From positions 62,001 to 126,000 of the IMG/VR virus record IMGVR_UViG_3300047472_000309: DNA of 64,000 nt; one strand, 5' to 3'. A model generated the notes under the pieces. It worked only from the letters and a program-made list of their open reading frames with translations. It was not told the origin of the DNA and did no database searches. Shown here piece by piece: positions 8,675-18,687 of the stretch. Made by a program: the position numbers and the translations under genes. Positions within the stretch are counted from its first letter, which is position 1. The number at the start of each line of letters is the position of its first letter.

Positions 8675-10105
8675 TCATGCTGCGGCCTTCAGGGCATCCA
8701 CGCTGACCGGATACCAGTACGGATGGTACAACCCCTTACGCATCCGCAGCAAATCCATGGTCGAAAGGAAAGGCAACGGATGGTCTTCGTCCGTCGTCCA
8801 CCAGCCGCGCGTATTGAGCAGCAGCTCCCAGTCGTAACCCTTGGCCTTCAGGTCGTTGTACAGCTCTTCCGGCGTGCACATCAGGTCGTCCAGGTGATGC
8901 CACATGTACGACATCTGGCACATTTCCGACGTGATGTTCAGCGCCCGACGCAGCTTCGCATCTTCGTCGATCTTGCTACGCACGGTAGTGCGACCCAGCT
9001 TGCACTCCGGATAGAGCGCCAGTGCGTAGTTGATCTTGCTGCCCACCAGCCCGTAGTAATCCTGTTCACGGATGTGATGGAACTCGGTCAGTGAGGGCAA
9101 CACGCCTTCGGTTTGTGAGACGATCAAGGTGATCGCCATGCCCGAGGGCCCGGACTTGGAGCGCAGATTGCGCAGCTGCACGGTGTTCAAGTCCGTATCG
9201 AGCTTGACCTTGTCATCGGAATCGCGCGGATACTCCGGCCCGTTCTTGTCCGCCGCCATCAAAGGCGAGGCGTTATAAGCGTGCCAGCAGTTGTGCGTGA
9301 TGAAGGTGAACTTGTCGGTCGTGCCCTTGATCTTGTCGCCGTTTTTCAGGTGCTTGAGCTTGACGATCGGCACCGAACCGGCAGGCCCTGCGTTTTGCAT
9401 CGTCGACTCTTTGCCGATGTGTGCGGTCATCAGCGAGTAGTTATTCGCCTGACCGTTCAGACGCGGCGCTTCCATCAGCAAGCGCAGCTTAGCCAGACCC
9501 TGACGCATGTGAATCGTGTTACCGCCCGATTCGCCCAGATCGTTCTTGTCCTGCATGTCCATCACGTCCGAGGTTTCGAATTCCGTGAAGGAGTCGATCT
9601 CATTGAACGTGGGGATGATCATGCGCAGCGGCCCGGAGCGATCCCGATTCCAGAACGGCGTATCCACCGACCACTTGCCGACGTTCTTGGCTTTCTCTTC
9701 CAAGAACTCGCGCTGCTTGGCGTACCAGTCGTCGCCCGTGTGCATGGTCTTGTCGGTGATAATCCAGCGTCCCGTTTGCAGGACGTCTTCTTCGTGCAGA
9801 CCTTCGACTCGACGGATCATCTCCATCAAGTGCCATTCCTGAATGTTGACTTCGGTATCGTAGGTGGAGGCCGAAGCCTGACGAAAACGCGACATCGCGG
9901 TGAGCATCTGGTAGTGCATCACCGTGGACTTGAAGTTGTTACCAATCCCCACGACCCCGGTGAGCGTAGCCAGGCCGCCGTTAAGGATGTGCTCACCCTT
10001 GCGCCCCTCGATATAGGTGCCGGTGGGGATGTCCATCAGTGCACCGATGTTAATCATCAGTTTCACGTTGGGCGCAGCGTTGATTTTAGGTTGAAGAAAT
10101 TCCAT
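8675..10105 (-). CDS. uvsX: UvsX/RecA-like recombinase (phiKZ gp152-like)
   Basis: Walker A variant GIGNNFKST, YDTE, IDSFT; true start MEFLQP at 10105 (the longer track ORF runs antisense into the next gene). Confidence 0.85.
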   Translation of the reverse strand: MEFLQPKINAAPNVKLMINIGALMDIPTGTYIEGRKGEHILNGGLATLTGVVGIGNNFKSTVMHYQMLTAMSRFRQASASTYDTEVNIQEWHLMEMIRRVEGLHEEDVLQTGRWIITDKTMHTGDDWYAKQREFLEEKAKNVGKWSVDTPFWNRDRSGPLRMIIPTFNEIDSFTEFETSDVMDMQDKNDLGESGGNTIHMRQGLAKLRLLMEAPRLNGQANNYSLMTAHIGKESTMQNAGPAGSVPIVKLKHLKNGDKIKGTTDKFTFITHNCWHAYNASPLMAADKNGPEYPRDSDDKVKLDTDLNTVQLRNLRSKSGPSGMAITLIVSQTEGVLPSLTEFHHIREQDYYGLVGSKINYALALYPECKLGRTTVRSKIDEDAKLRRALNITSEMCQMSYMWHHLDDLMCTPEELYNDLKAKGYDWELLLNTRGWWTTDEDHPLPFLSTMDLLRMRKGLYHPYWYPVSVDALKAAA

Positions 10106-10246
10106 GTGCTTTGCTTTGGTCTTAAATGGAGAATGACGAAACACAGCCGTACAAATAATGGCGATAGTCGGTGAAAAATACCATCCCGCTATAGCTGCCA
10201 CGCGCATGTTATGGCTTACAAACTTACCCCAGTCAGAAGGACACCT

Positions 10247-11074
10247 ATGGACTCGCTTCAAACTCTGCGTCACCATCGTGACGTTGTGGCGCTGGAGACT
10301 TTCAGCGTCCAGGCACTCGATGTCACCGGCATGCTCAAACAGATCTTCCCGGACATCAAGAAACACTTCCTCGATTTCACACAGCGCTTCTCGGGCACCG
10401 ACAAGCCGGTGCCGCTCTCGCGCCATCAGGCGAGCTTCATGAAGCTGCTGGAGCGTCACAACTACGTCGACATCAGCCCGCTTACCGTTTACTGCCCCGA
10501 AGGCATGAAGGGTACTTACCTGGAACTCGCCGCGGTGCTTAAGCGCGGTGCCGAGCATTCGGCCAAGGTGATGGATCTGCTTAACCAGTACACCACGTAC
10601 TTGGCGCTGCTGATCACCAACGAGTATCAACGCTTCTCGACGGAAAATTCGGCCAAGGTCTACCAGGGTCTGCAAGAAGCCCGCACGAGCCTCTTGAAGG
10701 ACATCGGCGCCTGCTTCAATCCGGGTCGTCACGACACGACCATGAAGTACGGCGAGGCCGTCGCGCGCAACAAGGACTGGGAGCTCGTGTTCGGTGAAGT
10801 CGACACGCTCTCCAAGCTGAGCAACAGCGTCTCGCGCGAGAAGCTCAATGCGAAGGTGAAGGAAGCCACCCAGTACATGGAAAAGATCGTCCAGATGCTC
10901 AAGGACGGCAAGATGGAAAGCACTGCGTACGAAGTCGCGCAAGAGCTCTCCGAGGGCGCCTACCAGATCGCCTGCGAGCTCGAGTTCTTCTCGACGATGT
11001 ACTTTCGCGTGATGGCGTTTAACACGAGCATCAACGAATCGGTCGACAAGATTACCGATAACCTGAAGTCGTAA
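10247..11074 (+). CDS. Probable head/virion protein with N-terminal ALE cleavage motif
   Basis: AGAAGG RBS before ATG 10247; VALETF motif; codon bias typical of highly expressed genes. Confidence 0.65.
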   Translation: MDSLQTLRHHRDVVALETFSVQALDVTGMLKQIFPDIKKHFLDFTQRFSGTDKPVPLSRHQASFMKLLERHNYVDISPLTVYCPEGMKGTYLELAAVLKRGAEHSAKVMDLLNQYTTYLALLITNEYQRFSTENSAKVYQGLQEARTSLLKDIGACFNPGRHDTTMKYGEAVARNKDWELVFGEVDTLSKLSNSVSREKLNAKVKEATQYMEKIVQMLKDGKMESTAYEVAQELSEGAYQIACELEFFSTMYFRVMAFNTSINESVDKITDNLKS

Positions 11075-11089
11075 GCCCTTTCGCCAGAC

Positions 11090-11146
11090 CGGCATAAACC
11101 CACTAACCCGCCCGTACCACTGGGGAGGTTAGTGGGAATATGACCG
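11090..11146. terminator. Bidirectional CGGCATA-hairpin-TATGACC element
   Basis: cggcataaa cccactaacc...ggttagtggg aa tatgaccg, between convergent genes. Confidence 0.7.
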
Positions 11147-11154
11147 CGATGGCA

Positions 11155-11574
11155 CTAGCCCAAAACTTCGGACTTATGACGGAACAACTTCTGCAGATCC
11201 GCATCGACCTCACCTTCACGACCGTAACGCAACCACGCTGGGATGCAGGCCTTGATCTGTTGTACGAGGTCACCGATGGTGGATTCAGGAAGAGGACCTC
11301 CCTTGGATAGCAGCGCTATGGCATCGACCGAAGTCTTGCCGTCCCAGATGGCTTTGGAAAGCGACGCGGGCAAACCCATCGCTTTTTCCTCGCCAGCCAG
11401 GTCCATGAGATTGTTGAGCTTACGAATCGTCTGAACATCCAAGCTGCGCGTTTCCTTCGCCTGGGCGACGATCGACGTCAACAAGATCAGTCGCTTCATC
11501 CGTCCAGGCAGTGACGATTCGAGGACCCCCGCCGCTGCAGATTTCAGACTTGCCGTTAACCGTAACATGGACAA
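11155..11574 (-). CDS. Hypothetical protein, about 139 aa
   Basis: ORF with GGAG RBS. Confidence 0.65.
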   Translation of the reverse strand: MSMLRLTASLKSAAAGVLESSLPGRMKRLILLTSIVAQAKETRSLDVQTIRKLNNLMDLAGEEKAMGLPASLSKAIWDGKTSVDAIALLSKGGPLPESTIGDLVQQIKACIPAWLRYGREGEVDADLQKLFRHKSEVLG

Positions 11575-11712
11575 AACTCCAATAATGGGCCGCCACTGAC
11601 GGTAATAAGCAGCAACCCATCGAGGTTAGTGAGATTGCGGTGTCACAATCCGCACGTTACTGTACATCCGACACATCTTCCCCGGAGCTCCAGACCTCGA
11701 ACCCTGCCACCC

Positions 11713-13350
11713 TTACGCCTTGGCAGGCGTGACGATGCGCACGTTCGAATATACTCCGGCCCAGATCCCCAGATCCTCCTCGGTTTCAATCACCGTGGCG
11801 TAACGGAAAATGTGCGGGGCCTCCAGCCAGGTAATCAAACTGACTTTCGGGTGAGAATTCTCCAGGCGTTTCAGAGCGTTCCGATCGAGGAGGTCAATGC
11901 CAAGTGTCAGGGTCACTGACGCAGAGCCGATACCTTCATCGGTCTTATACTTAGCCTCAACATCCATGGCCGCAAACCCGACGTTGTACTTCGGATTTAG
12001 CGTGCAGACGTCGACCGTCTCTTTCTTGACGACCTTTTGACTCTTCTCATACAGAATATCGGTCAGATCCGTGACAACAATCTCCGGGTCCTTCGCCAGA
12101 TACTGATTGAGCTTGTGCATCAGGAGCTCAATGGACTCCACGGCACGCATCGCCAGATGGGGCGGTTGGTGCTCGCGCGTGATGGGTTCCTTCTGCTTGT
12201 CCTTATCGAGACTGTGCAAATCGAAGGTGTCCAGCCGCCGCGGATTGTCCTGTACCATCACAAGCGGTCCATGCTGCGAGAGCTTCTTGTGAATGTCGGG
12301 ACGGTAGATGAAGTCGAGGCGCGCCGAGGCGAGCGCCATGACGTTATCAGCCAGCGTGCTCTGGTGACCGCGCACCAGTTCCAACACCGGGTCGGGTGTC
12401 TTCAGCTTGACAATCGCGTACGCACCGTCACTGATGCGCTTGCCCGGATGCTCTTCCTCGCGACCGTTACTGAGGTAGTACTCACCCGCACGGAAGTAAT
12501 CCGTACAGGTGTTAAAGTACATGCGGGGCATCGAGATAAACGGATGCTTTTCCGTGTCGTACTTCCAGTAGCCGTCGGCTGGGGACGTGTCGATTGACGC
12601 GTAGGTGGTCGCCACCGGCCCGTCCGGATCGAAGCTCCACGACTTGCCGAACATCGCCCGTTGTGAGAGCATCACGCCGATGGTCGCGGCCTGATCAGCC
12701 GTCTCGTTGCCCAGATGGTCGTTATGACCCTTGACCCAGTCAAAGCGCACTGTCACGCCGCGATTGGTCAAGATGTCGCGAGCGCTTACGAGCCTCTTCC
12801 AGTACTCAGCATTCTTCACGACCATGCCGTCGGACTTGATCCAGTTATTGCGAATCCAGGTCGGCACGTAATCCATCAGGCCATTGCAGACGTACTTCGA
12901 ATCGCAATGCACCTGCACAATCTTCACGTCGTACTGTGCGGCATGCTCCAGCGCTTGCGTCGCTGCCACCAGCTCGGCGATGTTGTTGGTGATTGCCGCG
13001 CTGAACGAGCCATACCCGTCGATGTAAGCAATCGGGGTGACTTCCATGTGCTTACGACGGGCAAGTGGGTTGCTCAACCATTCCTGGAAATCCGCGAGCG
13101 TCCAGTCATTGGTCTGCTTGTTGTACTCGACCTTGGTTACATAACCCGCAGCCGTTACGATGTGGTCCGGGTTGCCCGAACCTTTCTTCGGCTTCGCAGC
13201 CGCGTACAGATAGCCGTGAATGCCCCAGCCACCAGGGCCAGGATTCGGGCGGCAGCCCCCGTCAGTGTGATACACCACACCTTGCGGGGCATCGAGTAGT
13301 GCCGGTTGGCCTTTTGCAGGCTCAGCACCGACTTCTTCTACGCTTGACAT
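11713..13350 (-). CDS. rnhA: RNase HI (phiKZ gp155-like) with C-terminal extension
   Basis: YHTDGGCRPNPGPGGWG, TNNIAEL, HCDSKYV, VKN..YW, WVKGH...GNETAD; own RBS AGAAAGGA before ATG 13350. Confidence 0.9.
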   Translation of the reverse strand: MSSVEEVGAEPAKGQPALLDAPQGVVYHTDGGCRPNPGPGGWGIHGYLYAAAKPKKGSGNPDHIVTAAGYVTKVEYNKQTNDWTLADFQEWLSNPLARRKHMEVTPIAYIDGYGSFSAAITNNIAELVAATQALEHAAQYDVKIVQVHCDSKYVCNGLMDYVPTWIRNNWIKSDGMVVKNAEYWKRLVSARDILTNRGVTVRFDWVKGHNDHLGNETADQAATIGVMLSQRAMFGKSWSFDPDGPVATTYASIDTSPADGYWKYDTEKHPFISMPRMYFNTCTDYFRAGEYYLSNGREEEHPGKRISDGAYAIVKLKTPDPVLELVRGHQSTLADNVMALASARLDFIYRPDIHKKLSQHGPLVMVQDNPRRLDTFDLHSLDKDKQKEPITREHQPPHLAMRAVESIELLMHKLNQYLAKDPEIVVTDLTDILYEKSQKVVKKETVDVCTLNPKYNVGFAAMDVEAKYKTDEGIGSASVTLTLGIDLLDRNALKRLENSHPKVSLITWLEAPHIFRYATVIETEEDLGIWAGVYSNVRIVTPAKA

Positions 13351-13800
13351 ACGCTGTAATCCTTTCTTTTCTATTCGTACCGAATCAGAGTGTTTCGGGC
13401 TCGTCAGAGTATCCCTCAGGGGAATATATTGTTTCTTGCGTGTCCGAGACGCCCTCGCCTGATTCAGTAGGTAAGGTTGTCCATGGTGCAGGTCTAAGTA
13501 GTCCTGCTCGACCTCTTTCGTCACCTCGACTGGGAGGTTGATGTAGTAGAAATCAAAGGTTCGCTTACCTTCTTTAAACGCACGTTGCAAACCCTTGTTT
13601 TCGGCTACACCCCGTTTAAGTGCACGTAAGTGTTTAATCCGACCTCGGTACAAGTGCTTGGTTTGTCCGAAGAAGACTTCATCGGTCTGGGGGAAATGAA
13701 TCGCGTAGACGCCAGGCAAAGGAATGCGTTTGCGCAAATCCCCGTGGACATAAAGCGACAGATTGGTCTGAAGCCAATCTCGGATCGTAGATGGTGTCAT
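13351..13800 (-). CDS. GIY-YIG domain in frame with, and not separated by a stop from, the RNase H gene
   Basis: PGVYAIHF...VFFGQT..L.R...KHL..LKRG...N..LQ.AF...EVEQ.YLD....LLN. Confidence 0.65.
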
Positions 13801-13858
13801 GGAACTGCAGGGCAGGCATGTCGCAAAACATGAACCTACCCTGTCAAAATAACTTTTT

Positions 13859-14341
13859 TTACTGCTGATGGAGCATGACCCAGCGTTTGCATTCAGCCGC
13901 GTATTGACGCCGCTGACGCTCGCTCTGATCGCGCACCCGCGTGGCATACTGGTGCATCTGATCGATGTGATCATTGAGTAGCTGGATGAGCGCATCCTTA
14001 TCCTTGGGACTCAGTTGCCTGAGTTGATCCACTGGTACGGGCGGAGGCTGCGGCACCGGCACCAGTTTGACGTAAGGACACAGCACATTACCAGCTTCGT
14101 CGCGTGTTGCAATGACGATCTCAGGCGCAGAAGCCGGTGAATCAACCGGTACTTCACTCGCGGCTTGATCGCCCTGATCGTCACTGCCAAACAGGAAGGA
14201 GAAAAAGCCTTTATCCTGCTTCTTAGGGGGGTCGCGCTGCTCTTGTCGACCGCGCGGCCCGTGGGGAGGCTCGTAGGTATTAAAGCTATTGCACCCCGTG
14301 AGGCCAATGGCCAGCACTACTGCGTATTTTAGCGATCTCAT
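13859..14341 (-). CDS. Lipoprotein, o-spanin-like
   Basis: MRSLKYAVVLAIGLTG-C lipobox; Pro-rich segment, then a C-terminal helix. Confidence 0.6.
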   Translation of the reverse strand: MRSLKYAVVLAIGLTGCNSFNTYEPPHGPRGRQEQRDPPKKQDKGFFSFLFGSDDQGDQAASEVPVDSPASAPEIVIATRDEAGNVLCPYVKLVPVPQPPPVPVDQLRQLSPKDKDALIQLLNDHIDQMHQYATRVRDQSERQRRQYAAECKRWVMLHQQ

Positions 14342-14345
14342 GAGT

Positions 14346-14810
14346 CTACCTGCTCTTATAACCGCCAGTCCGCTCACGCGCCTGGATTTGATTAAAACGC
14401 GCTACGGTGGCGTCGTAACTGGACCACTGCTGCACCGTAGCTTCCGGCACCACAGGTGCACTAGCGGGCGACCGGGCGGACGCAGGCAGTGCATCTGTAA
14501 TCTTGTCCGGCTGCACCATCGACGTGTATTTCTTCACGGGCGGCGGTGCAGGCGGCGGTGTGTCGACCTTAGGATGATCCTCGGCACTCGTCTTTAAATC
14601 ATCATACTTGTGCTTGAGCTCCACATAGTCCGTGGAGATACGCACAATGTTGGGCACCAGCCATAAGTTCATCACGACCGAACCGATGATGGCGGCGATC
14701 AGAAAGACGCGTCCTTTGTTGGTCTTCAGTGCCTCGCTCAGTGTTTTCTTTCCAAGGAAGAGCTCCTTCAGAAACGGCCACAAGAGAGTGATAGTTTTCC
14801 ATGCCAGCAT
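14346..14810 (-). CDS. Inner-membrane protein, i-spanin-like
   Basis: TM helix VFLIAAIIGSVVMNLWLV followed by a short coiled coil; immediately upstream of a lipoprotein gene. Confidence 0.5.
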   Translation of the reverse strand: MLAWKTITLLWPFLKELFLGKKTLSEALKTNKGRVFLIAAIIGSVVMNLWLVPNIVRISTDYVELKHKYDDLKTSAEDHPKVDTPPPAPPPVKKYTSMVQPDKITDALPASARSPASAPVVPEATVQQWSSYDATVARFNQIQARERTGGYKSR

Positions 14811-14921
14811 GATAGCCCCTATTGCTTCATTTTATGCTTAGTCTTATTCTAATGGATTTCACGACACTTGGTCCATCCCACGGTGTCCACGACCTGTTGA
14901 AGAACAGCTGGAGATTACTCG

Positions 14922-16229
14922 ATGTACACACTTAAAGGTTTTGCGAGCCACGCCTTGTTCGCAAACAACACGCCGGGTCAAGTCAATGCCGTCGGGGAAC
15001 TCTCCACGGTGTCGCGGACTTACTCGCGCGAAATCGGCCTCTACACCGATGCGGCGGGTTCGCCCAACGTCACGCTCTGGTCTTTCTTGAGCGCCACGGA
15101 CGGCACAGCTCAAGTCGTCGATGCAGACCTCGCCAAGCGCGTGCTCACGATCTGTGCCTGGTTCTACAACCAGACCATTAACAATGCCGGTCAGCAATAC
15201 GCAGACGTCCTCCTGGAAGGCGCCCTCACGCAGTTTGCTGCTACCGCTAACACTTTCGCCTCCGGCGCGATGGTCACCGACGGCACGCGCTGGTTGCCCG
15301 AATGGGTCAGCTGGACCGACGTGGCCAACCCTGGTTCGTTTATCCGGATTTGGTTTGCAGATGCCAACTTCCAGAACGAATACGACGAATCGGCTTTTGT
15401 GATCGTGCCGCCGATCACTCCGCTTGACGACTTTTTCAAAGCCGCCACGCAAGTGCAAGCGGAAGTCAGTGCCGTCACCAAGCCGCAGTTGTTCCTGAAC
15501 ATCCAGGCAGCCAAGGCGAACAATCCGGAAACCGACATCATCGTCATGTCCTACGACTGGCATGATCCGGCCGGAACCGGCACGCTGATCTCGACGGACT
15601 GGACGCTGATTCTCTACGGCATGGCGGGCGACAATGTCGACTCGATCAGCGATGCGCTGGAAGCCTACATCCTCGCCAACAGCTCGCATTCGCGCGATGA
15701 GTGGGTCACGGTGTTTCCGGACATCTTCAAGCGCACCGAGTTTGTGCTCATCCCCCAGTGGAACAAAATGGCGATCGCTGATCGCGCTACGGGTCAAGCG
15801 GGCATATACTCTCCGATTACGAATCTGACGGATGCGCTCGCGCTGCTCCCCCAGTTCGCTAGTTATCCAAGTGCTCATATCAATGCGCACGGCACCGTCA
15901 TGGGCCATCCGTACAAGTCGCTGGCCATTGCCATGATTGGTTCGGACCAGAACCGCAACAACCTGTACGAGCTCTCGGACGTGTTCCCCGATCTCATCTC
16001 GGTGAGCTCGACTTCGACGGACTTCGCCCGCATGAGCCAGGCCACGCAGGCGTTCCTGTCGGCATTGGCCACGATGTTGCTGGTGGCGGAATCGATGACG
16101 CAGTATTCCAGCATTCCGCTGGGTTACACCAAGTTGATCCGGAACAACATTCTGTACCTGGTGTATAACTACCAGACGATCGACTACCTTGTCGCTGCCA
16201 AGTCGAACCCGCAGTTCGCCGCGCCGTAA
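14922..16229 (+). CDS. Virion structural protein, 435 aa
   Basis: GGAG RBS; structural-type composition; in an operon with the next gene. Confidence 0.7.
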   Translation: MYTLKGFASHALFANNTPGQVNAVGELSTVSRTYSREIGLYTDAAGSPNVTLWSFLSATDGTAQVVDADLAKRVLTICAWFYNQTINNAGQQYADVLLEGALTQFAATANTFASGAMVTDGTRWLPEWVSWTDVANPGSFIRIWFADANFQNEYDESAFVIVPPITPLDDFFKAATQVQAEVSAVTKPQLFLNIQAAKANNPETDIIVMSYDWHDPAGTGTLISTDWTLILYGMAGDNVDSISDALEAYILANSSHSRDEWVTVFPDIFKRTEFVLIPQWNKMAIADRATGQAGIYSPITNLTDALALLPQFASYPSAHINAHGTVMGHPYKSLAIAMIGSDQNRNNLYELSDVFPDLISVSSTSTDFARMSQATQAFLSALATMLLVAESMTQYSSIPLGYTKLIRNNILYLVYNYQTIDYLVAAKSNPQFAAP

Positions 16230-16241
16230 TAGGAGCACCGC

Positions 16242-17519
16242 ATGACCGTTATCACCACCAATCTGATTCCGGAGCTGGGGGCAGCCGGAGTCTTTACGCT
16301 CACCGCGCCGTTTAACAACGCGCTGATGGCGAACGCGTCGTACACCTGTATTGCGATCCGGCAGCTTGAGGACATCATCGCTGCAGGTGGCGACCCCTAC
16401 ACCCAGTACTACCAACCGCGCGAACAAACCTCGGGTGACCTGCAAGCCCAGTACCAAGCAGACCTCGGCAACGGCGTGTGCATCATCACGCTGCAGCAGT
16501 CATCGGGGGCGGTTGCTTATGTGCCGTCGAGCTTTGTGGCCAGCTACCCGTCTAAGGGCGGTGTCCCCTACACCAACCTGATGATGGCAGTCGACCTGGG
16601 TGCGATGCCCACCTACGTGGACCTCACGTTTTTGAAGCAACAGATCGCCAATCTGGTGAAGACGACCGTGGGGTTGACGAGCGTGTTGATTCAGACGGTG
16701 GTGGTGTCGCCGACGACCAATCTCTCGGCGTCCGACCATGCCCGTGCTGAGGCGGCCCGGCAGGCTAACATCACCATCACCAACACGCCCGAGTCGCAGG
16801 TGATTGCGCTGACCAAACAACTCCAGACCCTGCAAGGTCAGTACGCTAATCTGGAGGCGTTTGTGAATGCGAACATCGATAAACTCACGGGCACGACACC
16901 TCCGACCGATCCGGTGGATCAACTGGATGCAGCCTTGAGTCCAGCAGGCATCACGCTGAGCAACAACAACCTCACCGCCACCAGTACAGTAGTGGGTTGG
17001 CAATCGGCTCGCGGCACTGTCGGTCATCAGGCAGGCAAGTTCTACGCGGAAGCTACGCTCAACACGTTGGCCGGGGCAGTGGGCTTTGGCGTCTGTAACG
17101 CCAGTCAGCTCAACAACCAGCGAATCGGTACCGACACCAACGGCATGATGATCTTTACCGAAGCCGATGGGGCAACGGCCGGGATCTTCTACAACGGTGG
17201 CAATGCCCAGACGATCGGCACGGCTCCGCAGCAAGGGGACGTGGTGGGGATTGCCATCGACCTGAACGCCAAGCTCGGTTGGTTCTACAATCCGCAGACG
17301 CAGCAGTGGAATGGCGATGTGTTGGCTAACCAGAACCCGGCCACAGGTCTTGGTGGTCTGCCGCTCGCGGCGATTGCGGTTCCAGGCGGTACTGCAGGAC
17401 TGGTCTACCTCGGCGTGTCACTGGATGCCAAGACGGATGCCGTGACGATCAACGCAGGTGCGACCAACTTCGTGCACACGGCGCCCACTGGCTTTAACAA
17501 GTGGAACACCGCAGTTTAA
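16242..17519 (+). CDS. Virion protein with C-terminal SPRY/B30.2-like beta-sandwich domain
   Basis: ITLSNNNLTAT..WQSARGT..GKFYAE..GDVVGIAIDL..K.GWFY is a SPRY signature. Confidence 0.7.
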   Translation: MTVITTNLIPELGAAGVFTLTAPFNNALMANASYTCIAIRQLEDIIAAGGDPYTQYYQPREQTSGDLQAQYQADLGNGVCIITLQQSSGAVAYVPSSFVASYPSKGGVPYTNLMMAVDLGAMPTYVDLTFLKQQIANLVKTTVGLTSVLIQTVVVSPTTNLSASDHARAEAARQANITITNTPESQVIALTKQLQTLQGQYANLEAFVNANIDKLTGTTPPTDPVDQLDAALSPAGITLSNNNLTATSTVVGWQSARGTVGHQAGKFYAEATLNTLAGAVGFGVCNASQLNNQRIGTDTNGMMIFTEADGATAGIFYNGGNAQTIGTAPQQGDVVGIAIDLNAKLGWFYNPQTQQWNGDVLANQNPATGLGGLPLAAIAVPGGTAGLVYLGVSLDAKTDAVTINAGATNFVHTAPTGFNKWNTAV

Positions 17520-17536
17520 CAAGTGGAACACCGCAG
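17493..17536 (+). repeat. Perfect 22-bp tandem duplication spanning the stop codon
   Basis: tttaacaagtggaacaccgcag twice. Confidence 0.95.
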
Positions 17537-17549
17537 GCTGAAGCAACAA

Positions 17550-17585
17550 CGGCATAGAGGGAGGCTTCGGCCTCCCCTTATGTCC
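17550..17585. terminator. Bidirectional CGGCATA-hairpin-TATGTCC element
   Basis: cggcataga gggaggc ttcg gcctccc ct tatgtcc. Confidence 0.75.
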
Positions 17586-17593
17586 CTACTTTT

Positions 17594-18610
17594 TTAATTG
17601 TACTTGAGGTTCGGTGCCATGATCGATTCGGTCGCCTCGATCGTCACTGCCGTCATGTTGCCCCGCACGTCGAGGTCGCCCAAGAGCTCAGCCTCGCCCT
17701 TGATGCTGATCTTACCCGTACCTGCGTTACCCGGTGCCGTAGTCAGGTCACCATTCAGGCCGATGTTACCGTTGTGCGTGGTGTCACCGGTGTGGGTAGT
17801 TTCTGCCGTCACGGATTCGGTAGTAGCTTTGACCGTGCGTGTCTCGGTGGTTTCACTGGTGCTGTTCGAGGCCTCGACCGACCAGTCCTTGGTGGTCCAC
17901 TTAATCGAGTCATCCGCATGGCCCGAGATCGCTTTCTTGGTCATGTCGAAAAACGACCCATCGGCGTTCTCGATATGCCACTGGTGCTGCTGCGAGTCGA
18001 GGAACATCGCGTTACCGATGTCGTCTTCTAGTTGCACCTTGCCGTTACCGGTATCGAACTGGAACGAATAGGCGTAGGGCTCCCCATTGGCCTTGGTGGT
18101 GATAAGCGTGATCGACTTCTTGTGCGAACTGAATTCCACGTAGTACGTGTTGGTCTGGTCCGGGCTCGCGCCTTCCACCGCGGTGGCGCTGATGCCAAAC
18201 ACTACCGTCTCAAGCTTACGGAAGTTCAGGTCATTGCGCATCGTATTCCAGTAATACTTGTCGGTGTCGCCGTAGCGGTAAATGATCACCTGTTCACCGC
18301 GCCGCACATCAGGCGCAGTCAACCGGTTAGCCTGACCCACCGGTAACCAGGTCGCCTTGATGGTGCCCGAAGAGGTCATGTTCGTCTGGTACTGCTGGCC
18401 CGAGAGGTCGGTGCCTGACGCTTGCTCGGTGTTGGCATTGGTGGAGAGCTCCCCATCGACCATCGGCGTATCCTCGATTGGCGTAATCTCCAGATCGAAG
18501 GAATTCAGGGCTTTGTTCTGAGCAGCATGGCCCAGCGAGTACACATGAAACTTACTGACGGTACCCTGCGGGCTTTCGTGACCCGCGAATTGCGCGGCAA
18601 GGTGATCCAT
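17594..18610 (-). CDS. Baseplate central spike (gpV/gp5-like; phiKZ gp164-like)
   Basis: OB-like N-terminus (ATWLP..APDVRRGEQV.IY) followed by Thr/Ser-rich beta-helix-type repeats. Confidence 0.7.
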   Translation of the reverse strand: MDHLAAQFAGHESPQGTVSKFHVYSLGHAAQNKALNSFDLEITPIEDTPMVDGELSTNANTEQASGTDLSGQQYQTNMTSSGTIKATWLPVGQANRLTAPDVRRGEQVIIYRYGDTDKYYWNTMRNDLNFRKLETVVFGISATAVEGASPDQTNTYYVEFSSHKKSITLITTKANGEPYAYSFQFDTGNGKVQLEDDIGNAMFLDSQQHQWHIENADGSFFDMTKKAISGHADDSIKWTTKDWSVEASNSTSETTETRTVKATTESVTAETTHTGDTTHNGNIGLNGDLTTAPGNAGTGKISIKGEAELLGDLDVRGNMTAVTIEATESIMAPNLKYN

Positions 18611-18687
18611 TTTATCGGGTCCTGTTAAAAAACACAGAGCTCAACCATCGTCTGACGACAGAATCAAGCTGTGATTAGAAGGCTTAC

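Noticed and set aside
10106-11095. 330-aa N-terminal extension of UvsX in the ORF track
   Set aside because: It is the antisense shadow of the 10247-11074 gene plus intergenic DNA; the RecA-like sequence begins at MEFLQP (10105)
13351-13800. Group I intron or intein hosting the GIY-YIG domain
   Set aside because: The RNase H motifs all lie downstream and are uninterrupted; no intein C/S...HN termini or intron core was recognised
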